Part shown: positions 37,588 to 49,665 of the stretch, in pieces
Numbering within the stretch: position 1 is the first letter of the stretch
How the letters are laid out: each line of letters begins with the position of its first letter
Assembly: GCA_951406725.2 (NCBI GenBank)
Contig: OX597814.1
Location: 79,174,001 to 79,238,000, forward strand
Reading direction: 5' to 3'
From: Octopus vulgaris
Lineage: Eukaryota
DNA: 64,000 bases
Notes under the pieces: model-generated
The model's database searches: none
Told to the model about the DNA's origin: nothing
What the model saw: the letters and a program-made list of their open reading frames with translations, nothing else
Translations under genes and position numbers: made by a program

Positions 37588-40500
37588 TATCTACAGGTGT
37601 GTGTGAGCATATATATATATATACACACACACACATCCCTGTAGCCTCCCAACTTGCACACCCCAACCCTCAATCCTTAGATGTTGCTTGCCTCCCTCTC
37701 CCATTTCCCCTATCTCTACAGACACACAGACAGGTGTGTGTGTGGTTAGGATCTCCCCTTGAAATCACATAGTTTCAGGTTCACTCCCATTGTGTGGCAT
37801 CCTGAGCAAGATTCTTTAAAGGTAGCCTTGGACTGACCAAAGCTTTGAGGGTATAACTGCTAAGGAGGAAGCACATAGAAGCCTGTTATGTGTGTAAAGA
37901 GAAAGAGAGGGGGGAGAGGGAGAGAGAGGAGAGAGTGAGAGAACAAATGAGAGATAGACAGACACCTACATGTTTATTGCACATACTTCTTTAGCATTGC
38001 ACACATCTTAACCTTGTAAAATGTGTCTCATATTAAGGGAACTCAAATAGTATATAAGAAACTGTTAGTTGCTATGGCATGATGAAAATGGTGAATGGAT
38101 AAAGATATTATAGAGAAAGAAAAAAAAACAGAGGATTCTCAGAAGTGAGAGGCTGTGTGGTGTCACTGTGGTTTTAGTTATCTCGTTCTCCCATTCCCCT
38201 ATCTCTCAATACATGTACATGGCTTATTGTGTACTTAAAGTGCCAGAATTTTATCATTTATATATTCAACTTGTATTGCATAAAAAAGATAAGTGTTAAT
38301 GATAGAGTAAGTTAGAAATCTCTTCCCAGCCAATAAAGCATATAAAAAATATTACAAATGAAAACTTATTTCGGTTATCAAACTATAATATGCTATTTAC
38401 TAAATCAATGCATTATTTTGAAAGCAAGCAGTAAGACATTATATACCAACACATATACACACACACATTTATACATACAAATACACACATATACATAGAG
38501 ATACAAAGAGATATATATTCACATATGCATAAACATGTAATGCACACAAACACACATCTGTATATGTATACATTGCATACATACACACGTGTATGTGCAT
38601 ATGATATCTCTACCCATTTTCCAATCACTATAGAGTGTATTGGGTATGTTTTAAAGGCACAGTCACTAATGAAATTGCCTAGTACCTTACAAAACCAAGC
38701 ACCAAAAGTGAATGGGATGTGAGGAACAGGAAGACTAAGGAAGATTTGGAATGAAATAGAAAAGACTGAGATGAAGACATTGCATCCCATGGAAGAGATA
38801 ACAAAAGTCATTTTGGCAAAATGGAGGCTGGGATGCATATGCATCTATATAAGGATATGTTAACAGAAAACCATTAATCTTTACAAACTTTAATTTTCAA
38901 CATAAATTCCACCTGTATTTTGCTGCACATAAAGGGCATCTATACTGCATTATACAGGATTGATTGAAAGGTGATAAGCTGGTAGAATCATTAGCATGCC
39001 AGGTGAAATGCTTAGTGGTATTTTGTCTGCCACTACATCCTGAGTTCAAATTCCGCCCAGGTTGGCTTTGCGGTTCATCTTGTTGGGGTCAATAAATTAA
39101 GTACCAGAACAACAATACATATGTTGCAGGTAACTCATAACTTTGATGAATTGAGGCCACTGAAAAGTATTACCCCCAGTCGTGAAAAAGTAGGTGGTCA
39201 TTTTGAAAACATGTAATAATTAATCAGTAATTTCATGCTGGCATGTTTATTTTAATGTTTATAATTTTTTTGTTGTCATTTGAAATAAAGGTTTTGTTTA
39301 GCTTAATAAATACAGAGTATATTATGATTATCACTGCACAGCTGTGCAACAAATATATATTCCAGATGGTGCTACTATGTTACACATGACCTAGGCCAAT
39401 GTAGGCCGAAACGAAAGTATCTAAGTGTGTGTGTGTGTGTCCCATTTGCAGCACCTTGGGCAAGTGTCCCTCACCATAGCCTGAGCTGATCATACTACTT
39501 TGCAGAGCATTGGTCAGCATGAGTAAGGGTGGTGATAGATGTCCTAGGTGCTGTAAATGAGAGTGAACTTAAAGCCATGTGGTTGAAAACTGAACTTCTG
39601 GACAGCACAGCAATACCTTCACATGTACACACACATACGCACACACGTATATATAAATTATATGGATGTACACATGTATAAATATGTGTGAGGACAAATG
39701 TAGCAGTGTGTGTGTGTATTTGCACTTAATATAAACACAAATATAGATGCACTTAAATACACACAAACACATATATATATGGGTGTGAGTGGGGCTGTGT
39801 TGTGGGAGGGTTAGTTCTCCAGCCATGTGGTTTTGGTCCCATTGCAAGTCTCCTTATGTGTCTACTACAGCCTAAGGCCAATCAGAAACCTGTGGGTGAA
39901 TTTGTTAGACAGAAACAATACTTGTAAACAAGTGCCACTTAAATGGATCCTCCATTTTCAACCTTTTGTGAAAACATGCCCAGCCTTGGGGAAATATCAC
40001 TTTGCTTCAGGAAGAGCACTGACTGGAAGAAAATCTATCTCAATGAACTCCATGAAAATATGGAAAAATGAATGTGAAAATAACGATTATACACACACAC
40101 ACAACTTGTGCATAGATTTTCACATACTAAATAATTTACAAATGATCAAAGAGAGAACTATACATTAAGGCAATTGACTACTAAAGAAGAGTGTGGCCTT
40201 ACAACAAATGAGCTACTGGAAGAGACTAAAAAATTGAGAATCTACTTCCTAGTGTGAGGTTGAGGGACGTATATATTTGACTAGGTTGTGACAATTTTTC
40301 TAGTGCTGTTGGCCACTATTAAATGCACCTAGTACACTCAGTGAAGTGATTGACAATAAGAATGGACAACCAGTTGCAGAAAACATACCAATAACACAAC
40401 TTAGAAGGGAGATGTGGTCTCTGACCTCACCACCACCACCATAACACACACACACACTAGGAAGGTAATAACTCCAGATAAAAGATAAATTAGTCCTTGA

Positions 40501-40959
40501 TGAGCTATCCAATCCAAACTATGAAGAAAATGTGGATGTAAAATGAGGGTGATGATACACTTGTGTGAGTGTATGCACATGTATATAAATGCATATATTA
40601 GTATATTCAGGCAACATTTATGTGTGACTGGTTAAGTTTGGAAAGCATTTGAATGAATTTTATATTAAGCAGTTTGCATTCTGTACTAAGTTCTCAGTAT
40701 AGTATACAGAGCATATATTGGTTTCAGATTTTGACACAAGGCCAGCAATTTCAAGAGAGGGGCTAAGTCAATTAAATGGACCACAGTACTCAACTGGTAC
40801 TGTTTTATTAACTCTGAAAGGATGAAAGGCAAAGTGAACCCCAGCAACATTTGAACCCAGAACATAAAGATAGACGAAATGCTACTATGCATTTTGCTCA
40901 GTAAGAAACTTTTCTGCAAGTCGCCACCTTATACAGGGCAATCAAGATTTGTAAATGGA

Positions 40960-42137
40960 TGAGCTGAGCTTTCAGTATCTTTAGAAGCCATCATCAAAAT
41001 AAGGGTGGTTTATGTGTGTTGGGTGATTCCAAGACAGATGATCCAACCATTTTCAAATTTAATTCTATAAACTCATTGATTTAGCTGCAACTTATAATAA
41101 GGGTAGATTTTTGATTAAAAGAAAATATTCTCAAGTTATTAGTAAAATCCACCTACTGGTTCAAAACTTACTAGTGAAGCTGACCTTGCATCTTTCAAAT
41201 TGCCTGAGCTTTGTTACTGTTGGTTTTAGCTATATAAAAATGCAAATATTTGGAATAAGAATGACCTGCTATGTCATCTTTAAGAACTTTAAAAAGTCTG
41301 AATATAAGTAATTCTACAAGTCAAAATATGGCTTTAGTAGTATCAACTTTCTCTAAACTTTATTTTACATTTAAGTTCATTTCATTTCAAGATCTAGGTC
41401 AGTGATTTCTAAACTGGGGTGAGCTTATTCTTAGATATATGTAAGAGAAAAATTGCAGAAACATGCAAGGTTTATAAAACTCTGGAATTTTGAAGTCATC
41501 ACACCAAAATAAATACAACTGATGTTTTGTAAACCTAACATTCAGTTTTCATATGTATTATAGCATCATTTACAATATCCACTTCAAGACAGTTAAACTA
41601 CTAGTATAAACCTCACCAACAATCTAAAATTATTCTGAATGAAATTAGAGTTATGGTATAACTAAGATGAGGTTGTTGTGATGTTTTTGAGAATATGAAT
41701 TAAACCTTTATACAATACATCTTGGTTAGACACGTGAGGAATTAGATACCTACATTCTTGAGATTAGCAAATTAGATTATCAACTCATTGAAATTGTTTT
41801 AGAATTAATCCCAGATGAGTTCCTGACAATCTACAAAATGAATTTGTGGAATTTATGATTGACTCCATGGCAAAAGTTCTTTTTCAAACCTCTTCTATAA
41901 CAAAATTCTTTTGTTCTATGGTGACATCTTAACCATCTGTCTCTAGAAAACATGTGGAGAGACTCTTGAAGTTCTCATCCAGTTATCATTATGAATAAGG
42001 GTTTCCAGCAACGTATATAATGAAAAACAAATTTCCTGCATGACTGTTAACTGAGAATGCTATGCAAGTGAAACTCACTGGATTTGTATCTAGAACTGAC
42101 TTATTGTTAGAAAGAGCTAAGTCCATCAATCCCATTA
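40960..42137 (+). mobile_element. hAT (Charlie-type) transposase remnant
   Basis: Degraded frames give PDNLQNEFVEFMIDSMAK, an SSY..E.GFS-like motif, and the Charlie-type C-terminus VHQSH* at 42121-42138. Confidence 0.65.
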
Positions 42138-42604
42138 AAAATATAACATTAAATTAAATGAAATTGATATTGTACATGTCCACAGGACCCGAAATTTTGT
42201 GGGTGGGAACAGTTGATTAAATTGATCCCAGTACAAAACTGGTACTTTATTTTCACAACCCCAAAAGAATAAAAGGCAAAATTGATCATTATGCATGCAT
42301 ATATATACATATATACACACACACACATATATATGCATATGCTGTGTGTGTATATATATATATATATACACTACTACTAATAAAAATAATTTCAAATTTT
42401 GCCACAAGGGCAGCAATTTTGGGGGAGGGGATGAGTTGATTTCATTGACCCCAGTGTTCAAGTGGTACTTAATTTATCAACCCTGAAAGGATGAAAAGCA
42501 AAGTTGACCTTGGTGGAATTTGAACTCAAATCGTACAGATGGATGAAACACTGCTAAGCATTTCATCCAACATGCTAACAATTCTGCCAGCTCACCACCT
42601 TATT

Positions 42605-42643
<39 letters not shown>

Positions 42644-42814
42644 CAACAACAACAACAATAATAATAATAATCTTTTCTACTGTAGGCACAAGGCCTGAAA
42701 TTTGTGTTAGAGGAGGATAGTCAATTACACTGACCCCAAAAGAATGAAAAGCAAAGTCAACCTCGGTGGAAAATGGTAACAATATCTCTTACTAAGGATA
42801 TTCCTTAATTCTTA

Positions 42815-42917
42815 CTCCTCTCTGAAGATGGGATATTAATCATATATGGAAATGTTTGCTCAATGACCCAATAACCTATACAACATATGCACTGCTATAC
42901 TAGAAACAGCTGTAGAG
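42815..42917 (+). ncRNA. Degenerate hammerhead-like motif
   Basis: CTC-T-CTGAAGA(42822-28)-TGGGATA...TATACTA-GAAA(42903-06)-CAGCT-GTA-GAG; same ACAGCTGT palindromic stem III as at 5731-5809. Confidence 0.45.
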
Positions 42918-43234
42918 ACTTTATGCATTATTTCTTAATCCCTTGTATACTCTAACTACTCTGCAATTACGTTTGAATTGTGAATTACACACTCTAAAGT
43001 GATACCTCATGACTTGCAAGTTCATTCTTTCTTTTTAATATATATACTAATAAATAAATTTTTCATGTTTTATAAACATACACACACACATATATATATA
43101 TAAAAACTTACTTGGAGAAAAGAAAAGAAACGAAATGACGCGAGGGCGCTCAGTCATACAATAATTTAATAAATAAAATATATGCATACATACATACATA
43201 TATGTACGTACCTACATCTACATGTATATATACA

Positions 43235-43274
<40 letters not shown>

Positions 43275-44364
43275 TACAGGACACCACAAATAGACGTAGA
43301 ACTCAACGAGAAACGAAAACATAAAAACATGGAAACGGACTTTTTTTAACAACGAAAAAACAGAGCACAAGACAAACAACACAAGGAACATTCCCCTTCA
43401 TCAGGTTCGGCTCCATGCGTGTTTCGAAGGTAACGACAGAACACGCCCTGTCGGACCAATCCTTCCTGCAAAGGAATTAAATAAAATTCCTTTGCAGAGG
43501 GGTAATAACAAGGAAAGAAAAAAATGTGACAAGAACAGGACGTAAAAGCAATACAAATAAAAATACAAATACAAAATAAAAATACAAATACAAAAAAATA
43601 CAGTACACATAAAGAATAAAAACAGGACAAAGAAACACAACAGAACTTCATATATATATATGTATAAATGTCCTGCCACTTATATTACGACCTTTGAACC
43701 TGAAGTGTATGCCCTGGTACTTCCCACCATCTATATCTCTCTTTTAGTTGACCATCCCATTTATATTCTGATCCCTGTCTCTTGTGAGTATGCTCAGCAC
43801 TTTGGCACCATCTCTATTCTTCTGTCTCCCACTCTCTTTCTCCTTATGCACTTTCCTCAGTTTGAGTAACCCTGTAACTCCTTTACGGCAGCACACCTGT
43901 TTCTGTCCTCATTCCTGATCTCTTTCTCTCTCTCTGGCCAGGTAACCTTGTACCTCTTCTACAGCAAGACACCTGTTTGTGTCTCACTATAATCTTTCAT
44001 CATCTGACACAAGATCATCTCCTCCAATGCCCCTTCCCTGCTCAAAAGATTTTTGCCTTGCAAGTTACTTGGTGACCCTGTCAGTGCAGGTGCCACTTAA
44101 AAAGCATCCAGTTCACACGCTAACGTGGTTGGCATTTGGAAGGGCATCCAGCTGTGAAAACTGTCCTTGCTTGTGTTTGTGCCATGTAAAAAGCACTTCG
44201 TCCACTCCGCTGGGTGGTTGGTGTTAGGAAGGGCATCCAACTGTAAAAATCCTGCTAAAACAAACATAAAAGTTTGGTGCAGGCTTCTGGCTGGCCAGCA
44301 CCTGTCAAAGCGTCCCACTCGTGCCAGCATGGAAGGCGGACGTTAAATAATGATGATGATATTG

Positions 44365-44401
<37 letters not shown>

Positions 44402-44465
44402 CGCGCGCGCGTGTGGACACACACATATATAAACCACCAACATGATGGATCCTTTAATTTAATAA

Positions 44466-44790
44466 TTGTGGTTGTGTGGTAAGAAGTCTGCTTCCCAACC
44501 ACATGAATCCGGGTTCACTTCCACTGCATGGAACTTTGGGCAAGTATCTTCTTCGACCGAAGCCTTGCGAGTGCATTTGGTAGGCAGAAACTGCAAGAAA
44601 TCAGTCGTGTATACAAGTGTGTGTGTGTTCCCCACCACCGCTTGACAACAGGTGTTGGTGTTTGCGTCCCCGTAACTTAAAGGTTCGGCAAAAGCGACCG
44701 ATAGAATAAGTATCAAGCTCTATAAAAACAAGCACTAGAGTTGATTCATTCAACTAAAATTTTTCAAGGTGGTAGAAACAAGTAAATGAT
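44466..44790 (+). mobile_element. Composite SINE family B with CpGs retained
   Basis: GTGTGGTAAGAAG...CCGGGTTCA...GGTTCGGCAAAAGCGACCGATAGAATAAGTA. Confidence 0.8.
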
Positions 44791-45042
44791 AAAAGATATA
44801 TATATATATATGTGTGTGTTGACAATATAGCAGTATAAATTTGCTGTTTAACCCTAAGTCAAACAGATCTATGATTAAAGAAATTTCAGTAGTAACTACT
44901 CCATTTATTTTCAACATCGAATATCTAGGTTTAGAAAACGCATGTGACTTCACCTATTTCTCTCTCTAGACTATGATCTAAGGTAGATTTGGTTCTTATT
45001 TCTAGCAGGTCGAGCAACCACTAGGTCGTGTAATGGTATTAC

Positions 45043-45865
45043 ACGGCGAGCTGGCAGAAACGTTAGCACGCCGGGCGAAATGCTTAGCGGTATTTCGTCT
45101 GCCGTCACGTTGTGAGTTCAAATTCCGCCGAGGTCGACTTTGCTTTTCATCCTTTCGGGGTCGATAAATTAAGTACCAGTTGGCCCCTTGTGGGTAATAA
45201 AGAAATAGGTATTACACGACCCTACGGTATATGTAGAAAGAGAGAGGTAGAGGAGTGGGGTCCATATCGTGCAACTTAAAAAGTTTGTTATTGTTGTGTC
45301 GATTTAACATGACAATTTCTACATACCTCCGTTCACCAGGAAATGTTACTTTCTACAGGTTAGTGTCTAGCAGAGGAAATGGTTATAAGTTATATTAATT
45401 CGAGGGTAAATCTGATCTATACACACATTTATGCAGTTTTTTTTTATAGTTACTAGCAGTTGTTAAGACGAAGGACCCATTTACCTGGGACTTGTTTACA
45501 TCTGTTTACAAAACTTCCGTAAAGCTATCCAGCCGAACAAAAGTGGTTAGCGGTATTTCATCTGACTTTACGATAAGTTCAAATTCCACCGAGGTCGGCT
45601 CCGCCTTTCATCCTTTTGGGGTTGATGAAATAAGTACCAGTTGAGCACTGGGGTCGATGTAATCGATTAGCTCCCTACCACAAAGTTTCAGGTTTCTTGT
45701 CTACAGTAAAAAGAATTATTATTCCGGCCCTTAACGTTCTAAGTTCAAACTCCACTGAGGTCGACTTTGCGTTTTATCCTTTCGAGGTCGATAGAATAAA
45801 GCACTAGTCAAGTTTTGGGAGCGATATCAACTAACCCCTACCGCAAAATATTTGGGTTTATGCCA
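45043..45865 (+). mobile_element. Three SINE family A copies (45043-45210, ~45545-45720, ~45730-45865)
   Basis: GGCGAGCTGGCAGAAACGTTAGCACGCCGGGCG...GAGTTCAAATTCCGCCGAGGTCGACTTTGC.TTTCATCCTTTCGGGGTCGATAAA. Confidence 0.85.
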
Positions 45866-46533
45866 GAAAAAGAGAAACACGCCTAGAATACGAATGAATA
45901 TACTGATATATCGCCAAAGTTTATACATCAAACCTCCCCAGTACAGTAGTTTTCTCTCAACGTTTACTAAAATTACTTTACATTATTTATAGTAATTTGA
46001 GTTTGCAACATCGAAAAAGAGAGCGCGCGAGAAACTATTTATAATAAACAAAACATTATAATGAAAGGTACAGCAAACAATTATTTCGAAACTTGTGTAT
46101 AGTGTTTGTATCCGAGAAAAATAACCAAGAAAGAAAACACACACACATAAAAGGAAGCAATCTAAAGTAAGATTTGCTTCCAGTATATAATTAATTAAAA
46201 GAACGAGTACTTTATAGTTTTGTTTTCCTACTAACATGCAAAAATTACGTAGCGGCGGCTTAAACTCAACAAGATGGTAATGGGAAATTTCGAACAAGCA
46301 GGCAGCTGTTGTTTAATGAAATATTTAAGGTGGTGGGGGAAAGCACGTGAAGAATAAAGTAATATTGACGATGGCAGCGAAAAGCGACAAAGAAAAAAAA
46401 CGACAATTAAACGAATTAATTAGAGAAAACAAGAGTTATGGATGGAAAGTTGACAAATGTCAGTGTTAGCGGTGTAGCTGTCACATGCTACTATACGGAA
46501 CCAATGTTACTAGACGGAATCTATGATACTCAC

Positions 46534-46680
46534 CACGTATACGAGAGTATAAATTTTAAGGGCCTCCTTGAAGCCGTGTTTTGCTATATCTTTAGTGGCA
46601 TGCAAACAATAAGGGTTCCAAGTATGCCCAACTTCATAACAGCTGTATTTAATACCCAAAGGTTTGCTAAGATTCGCCAT
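46534..46680 (-). CDS. TMEM135: TMEM135 (transmembrane protein 135) first coding exon, 49 codons
   Basis: Translates MANLSKPLGIKYSCYEVGHTWNPYCLHATKDIAKHGFKEALKIYTLVYV, matching the TMEM135 N-terminus as I recall it (vertebrate [23 protein letters not shown]...EESLKIY). ATG in AAAATGG context; ends in phase 0 at a strong donor GTG|GTGAGT. Confidence 0.92.
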
Positions 46681-46800
46681 TTTAAACTTTGACCTTTGAC
46701 TGTTTTTCAACCAATCAACTTCCGCTTGTTCATTAACTTCATTCTTCTGCTTACATTTAGCGTCTGTAGATACCTGCTGAATGAAATGCTCGGACAGTTA
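46676..46800. promoter_or_regulatory. Probable TMEM135 promoter/5'UTR
   Basis: YY1-type CGCCATTTT over the start codon (46676-46684), TGACCT-T-TGACTG DR1-like site (46690-46702), CCAAT (46711-46715), ETS-type ACTTCCG (46718-46724); flanked by CpG-retaining sequence (~44400-46850). Confidence 0.6.
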
Positions 46801-47972
46801 TAAAGAATGAAAGAATGACAGCATTACCGTCATGCAGAGACAGCAGTTGCAATACATACATACACACATACATACATATATTTATATATATATATATATT
46901 ATATTGTATATGTGTATGTGCGCATAAATTTAGCCAAACAATAAGTGAACACGTGGTATTTAATCATACATGTATCAACTCGAATATATTTTTGCGTGTG
47001 TATTTGTATAGATGTATGTGTGTGTACACATTTACATAAATATATACACACATACACATTATATATCTATCTATCTATCTATCCATCTATCCATCTATCT
47101 GTCTATCTATCTATCTATCTATCTGTCTGTCTGTCTGTCTGTCGCTCTCTTTCTCACACTTTATACACATAAATGTGTGTGTTTGCGCATATACATACAT
47201 ACATACGTACATACATACGTACATACATACATACATACATACATACACGCAACAGTTAAATTAATTAACATCTACTCTGTTACCTAATATAAGTGCCTAA
47301 ATTCTGTCTGACTAATGAAAAGTTATTGGACACCTGAGGCCTTTTCAGGACTGAATCGGTGGACAGAAGTGAAGGAGGTCCAGTATGTGGTGTTTGTGTG
47401 CATCACTCTCCTTAAAATCACATGATGATTGTAAAAGACACTTATGCAAATACGTCTTGTTTCCCATCCTCTAAGACTCATCTCATCATAGGTAAGAGTG
47501 ACCTTATTTAGAAACAGGTGAGGGTTAGTGACAGGAAGGCATCCAGCCATGGAAAATTTGCCTCCCGCAAATTTTGCCTGACCCATCCAAATATGACAGA
47601 GGAGATTAAATGATGAAGATGATATAGATAGGTAGATAGTTAGGTAGATATGCAAAATTCAATATTTATTTAGTGAATCTTGCTTGCATGAAGTGGATTC
47701 AATCCACCACAGCCAAATTTAAATTAACACTCCTACAGAACTGTTCCCACGATGGAACAATGGTTTTTCTTTGACAGCAGTTTTACATTTTCCAGATGTC
47801 TTTAGCTAGGCTGAAATAATGTCTTCACCACTTGACCCTTTCTAACCACTTCTACTTCACCAAAAGCTAGAATAGAGATAACAAGATCACCAACTAAATC
47901 TATTGTTCTCAATGATATATCTATCCTTCTGGATCTTTATATAAGCAAGCACATCCCAAGCAAAAATCAGTT

Positions 47973-48378
47973 TGTCACAGTCATGACGAATCAACTGAGT
48001 TAGTCACCTTGGTGACAAACTCGTGAGTTGAGAGAGAGCTAACATCAGTTAGTGAACTGACCACTAGAATCATGGAGGCAGGCAGACAAAATGGCCAGAA
48101 GGAAAAAGAAAGACAACGTCCCACACTCTCTCACTTTCACTAGCTCCAATTCTTTTCTCTTACAACATCATTCTATCTGTCTCAGCAATTACTACTAAAC
48201 AACGAAGAGGACACAAACACAAACTTTACTTCGCATGCTTTTGGATTTATCAAAACCTGCCTGTCGAGGCAAAGTATTGTAACGTAACGGTAAATAAATA
48301 CTTTCTTAAAACTTCATGCATTGTTCATCTTTCACATTCTACAGTAAACAATTATAACAACAAATAATTATCGTTACA
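47973..48378 (+). mobile_element. Possible solo LTR
   Basis: TGTCAC...GTTACA termini, 406 bp, internal AATAAA; flanks TCAGTT/ACAGCT only partly match as a TSD. Confidence 0.4.
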
Positions 48379-49324
48379 ACAGCTGACCACAACATTTCGT
48401 AATAATATTGTTTACTAATCAATTTCTGCTGTTACATTTATATAAATGATTGTCACCATGTATTATCATCATACATCTGCTTTCCATGCTGGCATGGGTT
48501 AGATGGTTTGACTGGAACTGGTAAGCCAGAGAGCTGCACCAGGTTCCAGTCTGATTTGGCTTGGTTTCTATGGCTGGATGCCCTTCCTAATGCCAACCAC
48601 TCCAAGAATGTAGTGGATACCTTTTATATGTCACTGGCACATTGTTTCTATGTATATATAAATGTGCACACATACATAAACCTCGTTCATAGACATGTGC
48701 ATACAAAGTCACCATTGGAATCTTGAAGCTAGAAAATGCATGATTAATTTAAAACTATGTGAATAAATAAGCAATACATTTGACAAAGAAATCTCAATGC
48801 TAAAGGATTAAATGAATCGTTTTACAACTTATCTATAATAGCTGGGCCAATTTTTATACTACATGTTTTCTTGCAGCATGGTTAAGTTATTAATAAAAAT
48901 TAATGCCAATACAGCATGTCATATCATGGCTTGAATTCACTTTCTGTCATATCTGTATATCATTTTTGTTTAGAGATATTCATGAGTCCAGTGTAGGTAA
49001 TTTAAACATCATATACAACTGTTTGTGCATTGCAGGACATGCATGGTTGAGTTTCATTATTTGAATGTGCCTTTATGTTGATTTTCTGAATATTTGTTAT
49101 AATGATTTTCAAGTTTGTGGTTGAACAGTAAATTCTTTGGCCATATCAGTCAATAATGCTAAAAATTTATATATAAATGCCCACAAACACACACACACAC
49201 ACACACATTGATATAAAAATGTGTATACATACTTTCATGTATATTATGTATATTCATCATCGTTTAGCTTGAAGAGATAAGTGCTTTACCACAACCCACA
49301 TATATATATATATATAATTATATA

Positions 49325-49665
49325 GAGCACCGGCACAAGTGCCAGTAAGGCATTACCAGTGTCACCTTACTGGCACGTGAAAAAACATTCAAGTGAGGTC
49401 GTTGCCAGTGCCGCTGGACTGGCTCCTGTGCAGGTGGCACGTAAAAAACACCATTTGAGCGTGGACGTTGCCAGTACCGCCTGACTGGCCCTCGTGCTAG
49501 TGGTACGTAAAAGCACCCACTACAGACTTGGAGTGGTTGGCGTTAAGAAGGGCATCCAGCGGTAGAAACTCTACCAGATCAAGATTGGGGCCTGGTGCAG
49601 CCATTCCTCAGTCAAATAGTCCAACCCATGCTAGCATGGAAAGCGGATGTTAAACGATGATGATG
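49325..49665 (+). mobile_element. RTE LINE 3'UTR fragment with repeat array
   Basis: Pseudoknot-like units, GGAGTGGTTGGCGTT.AGAAGGGCATCCAGC, (GAT)n tail. Confidence 0.85.

Noticed and set aside
46438-46692. 84-aa plus-strand ORF
   Set aside because: Antisense shadow of TMEM135 exon 1.
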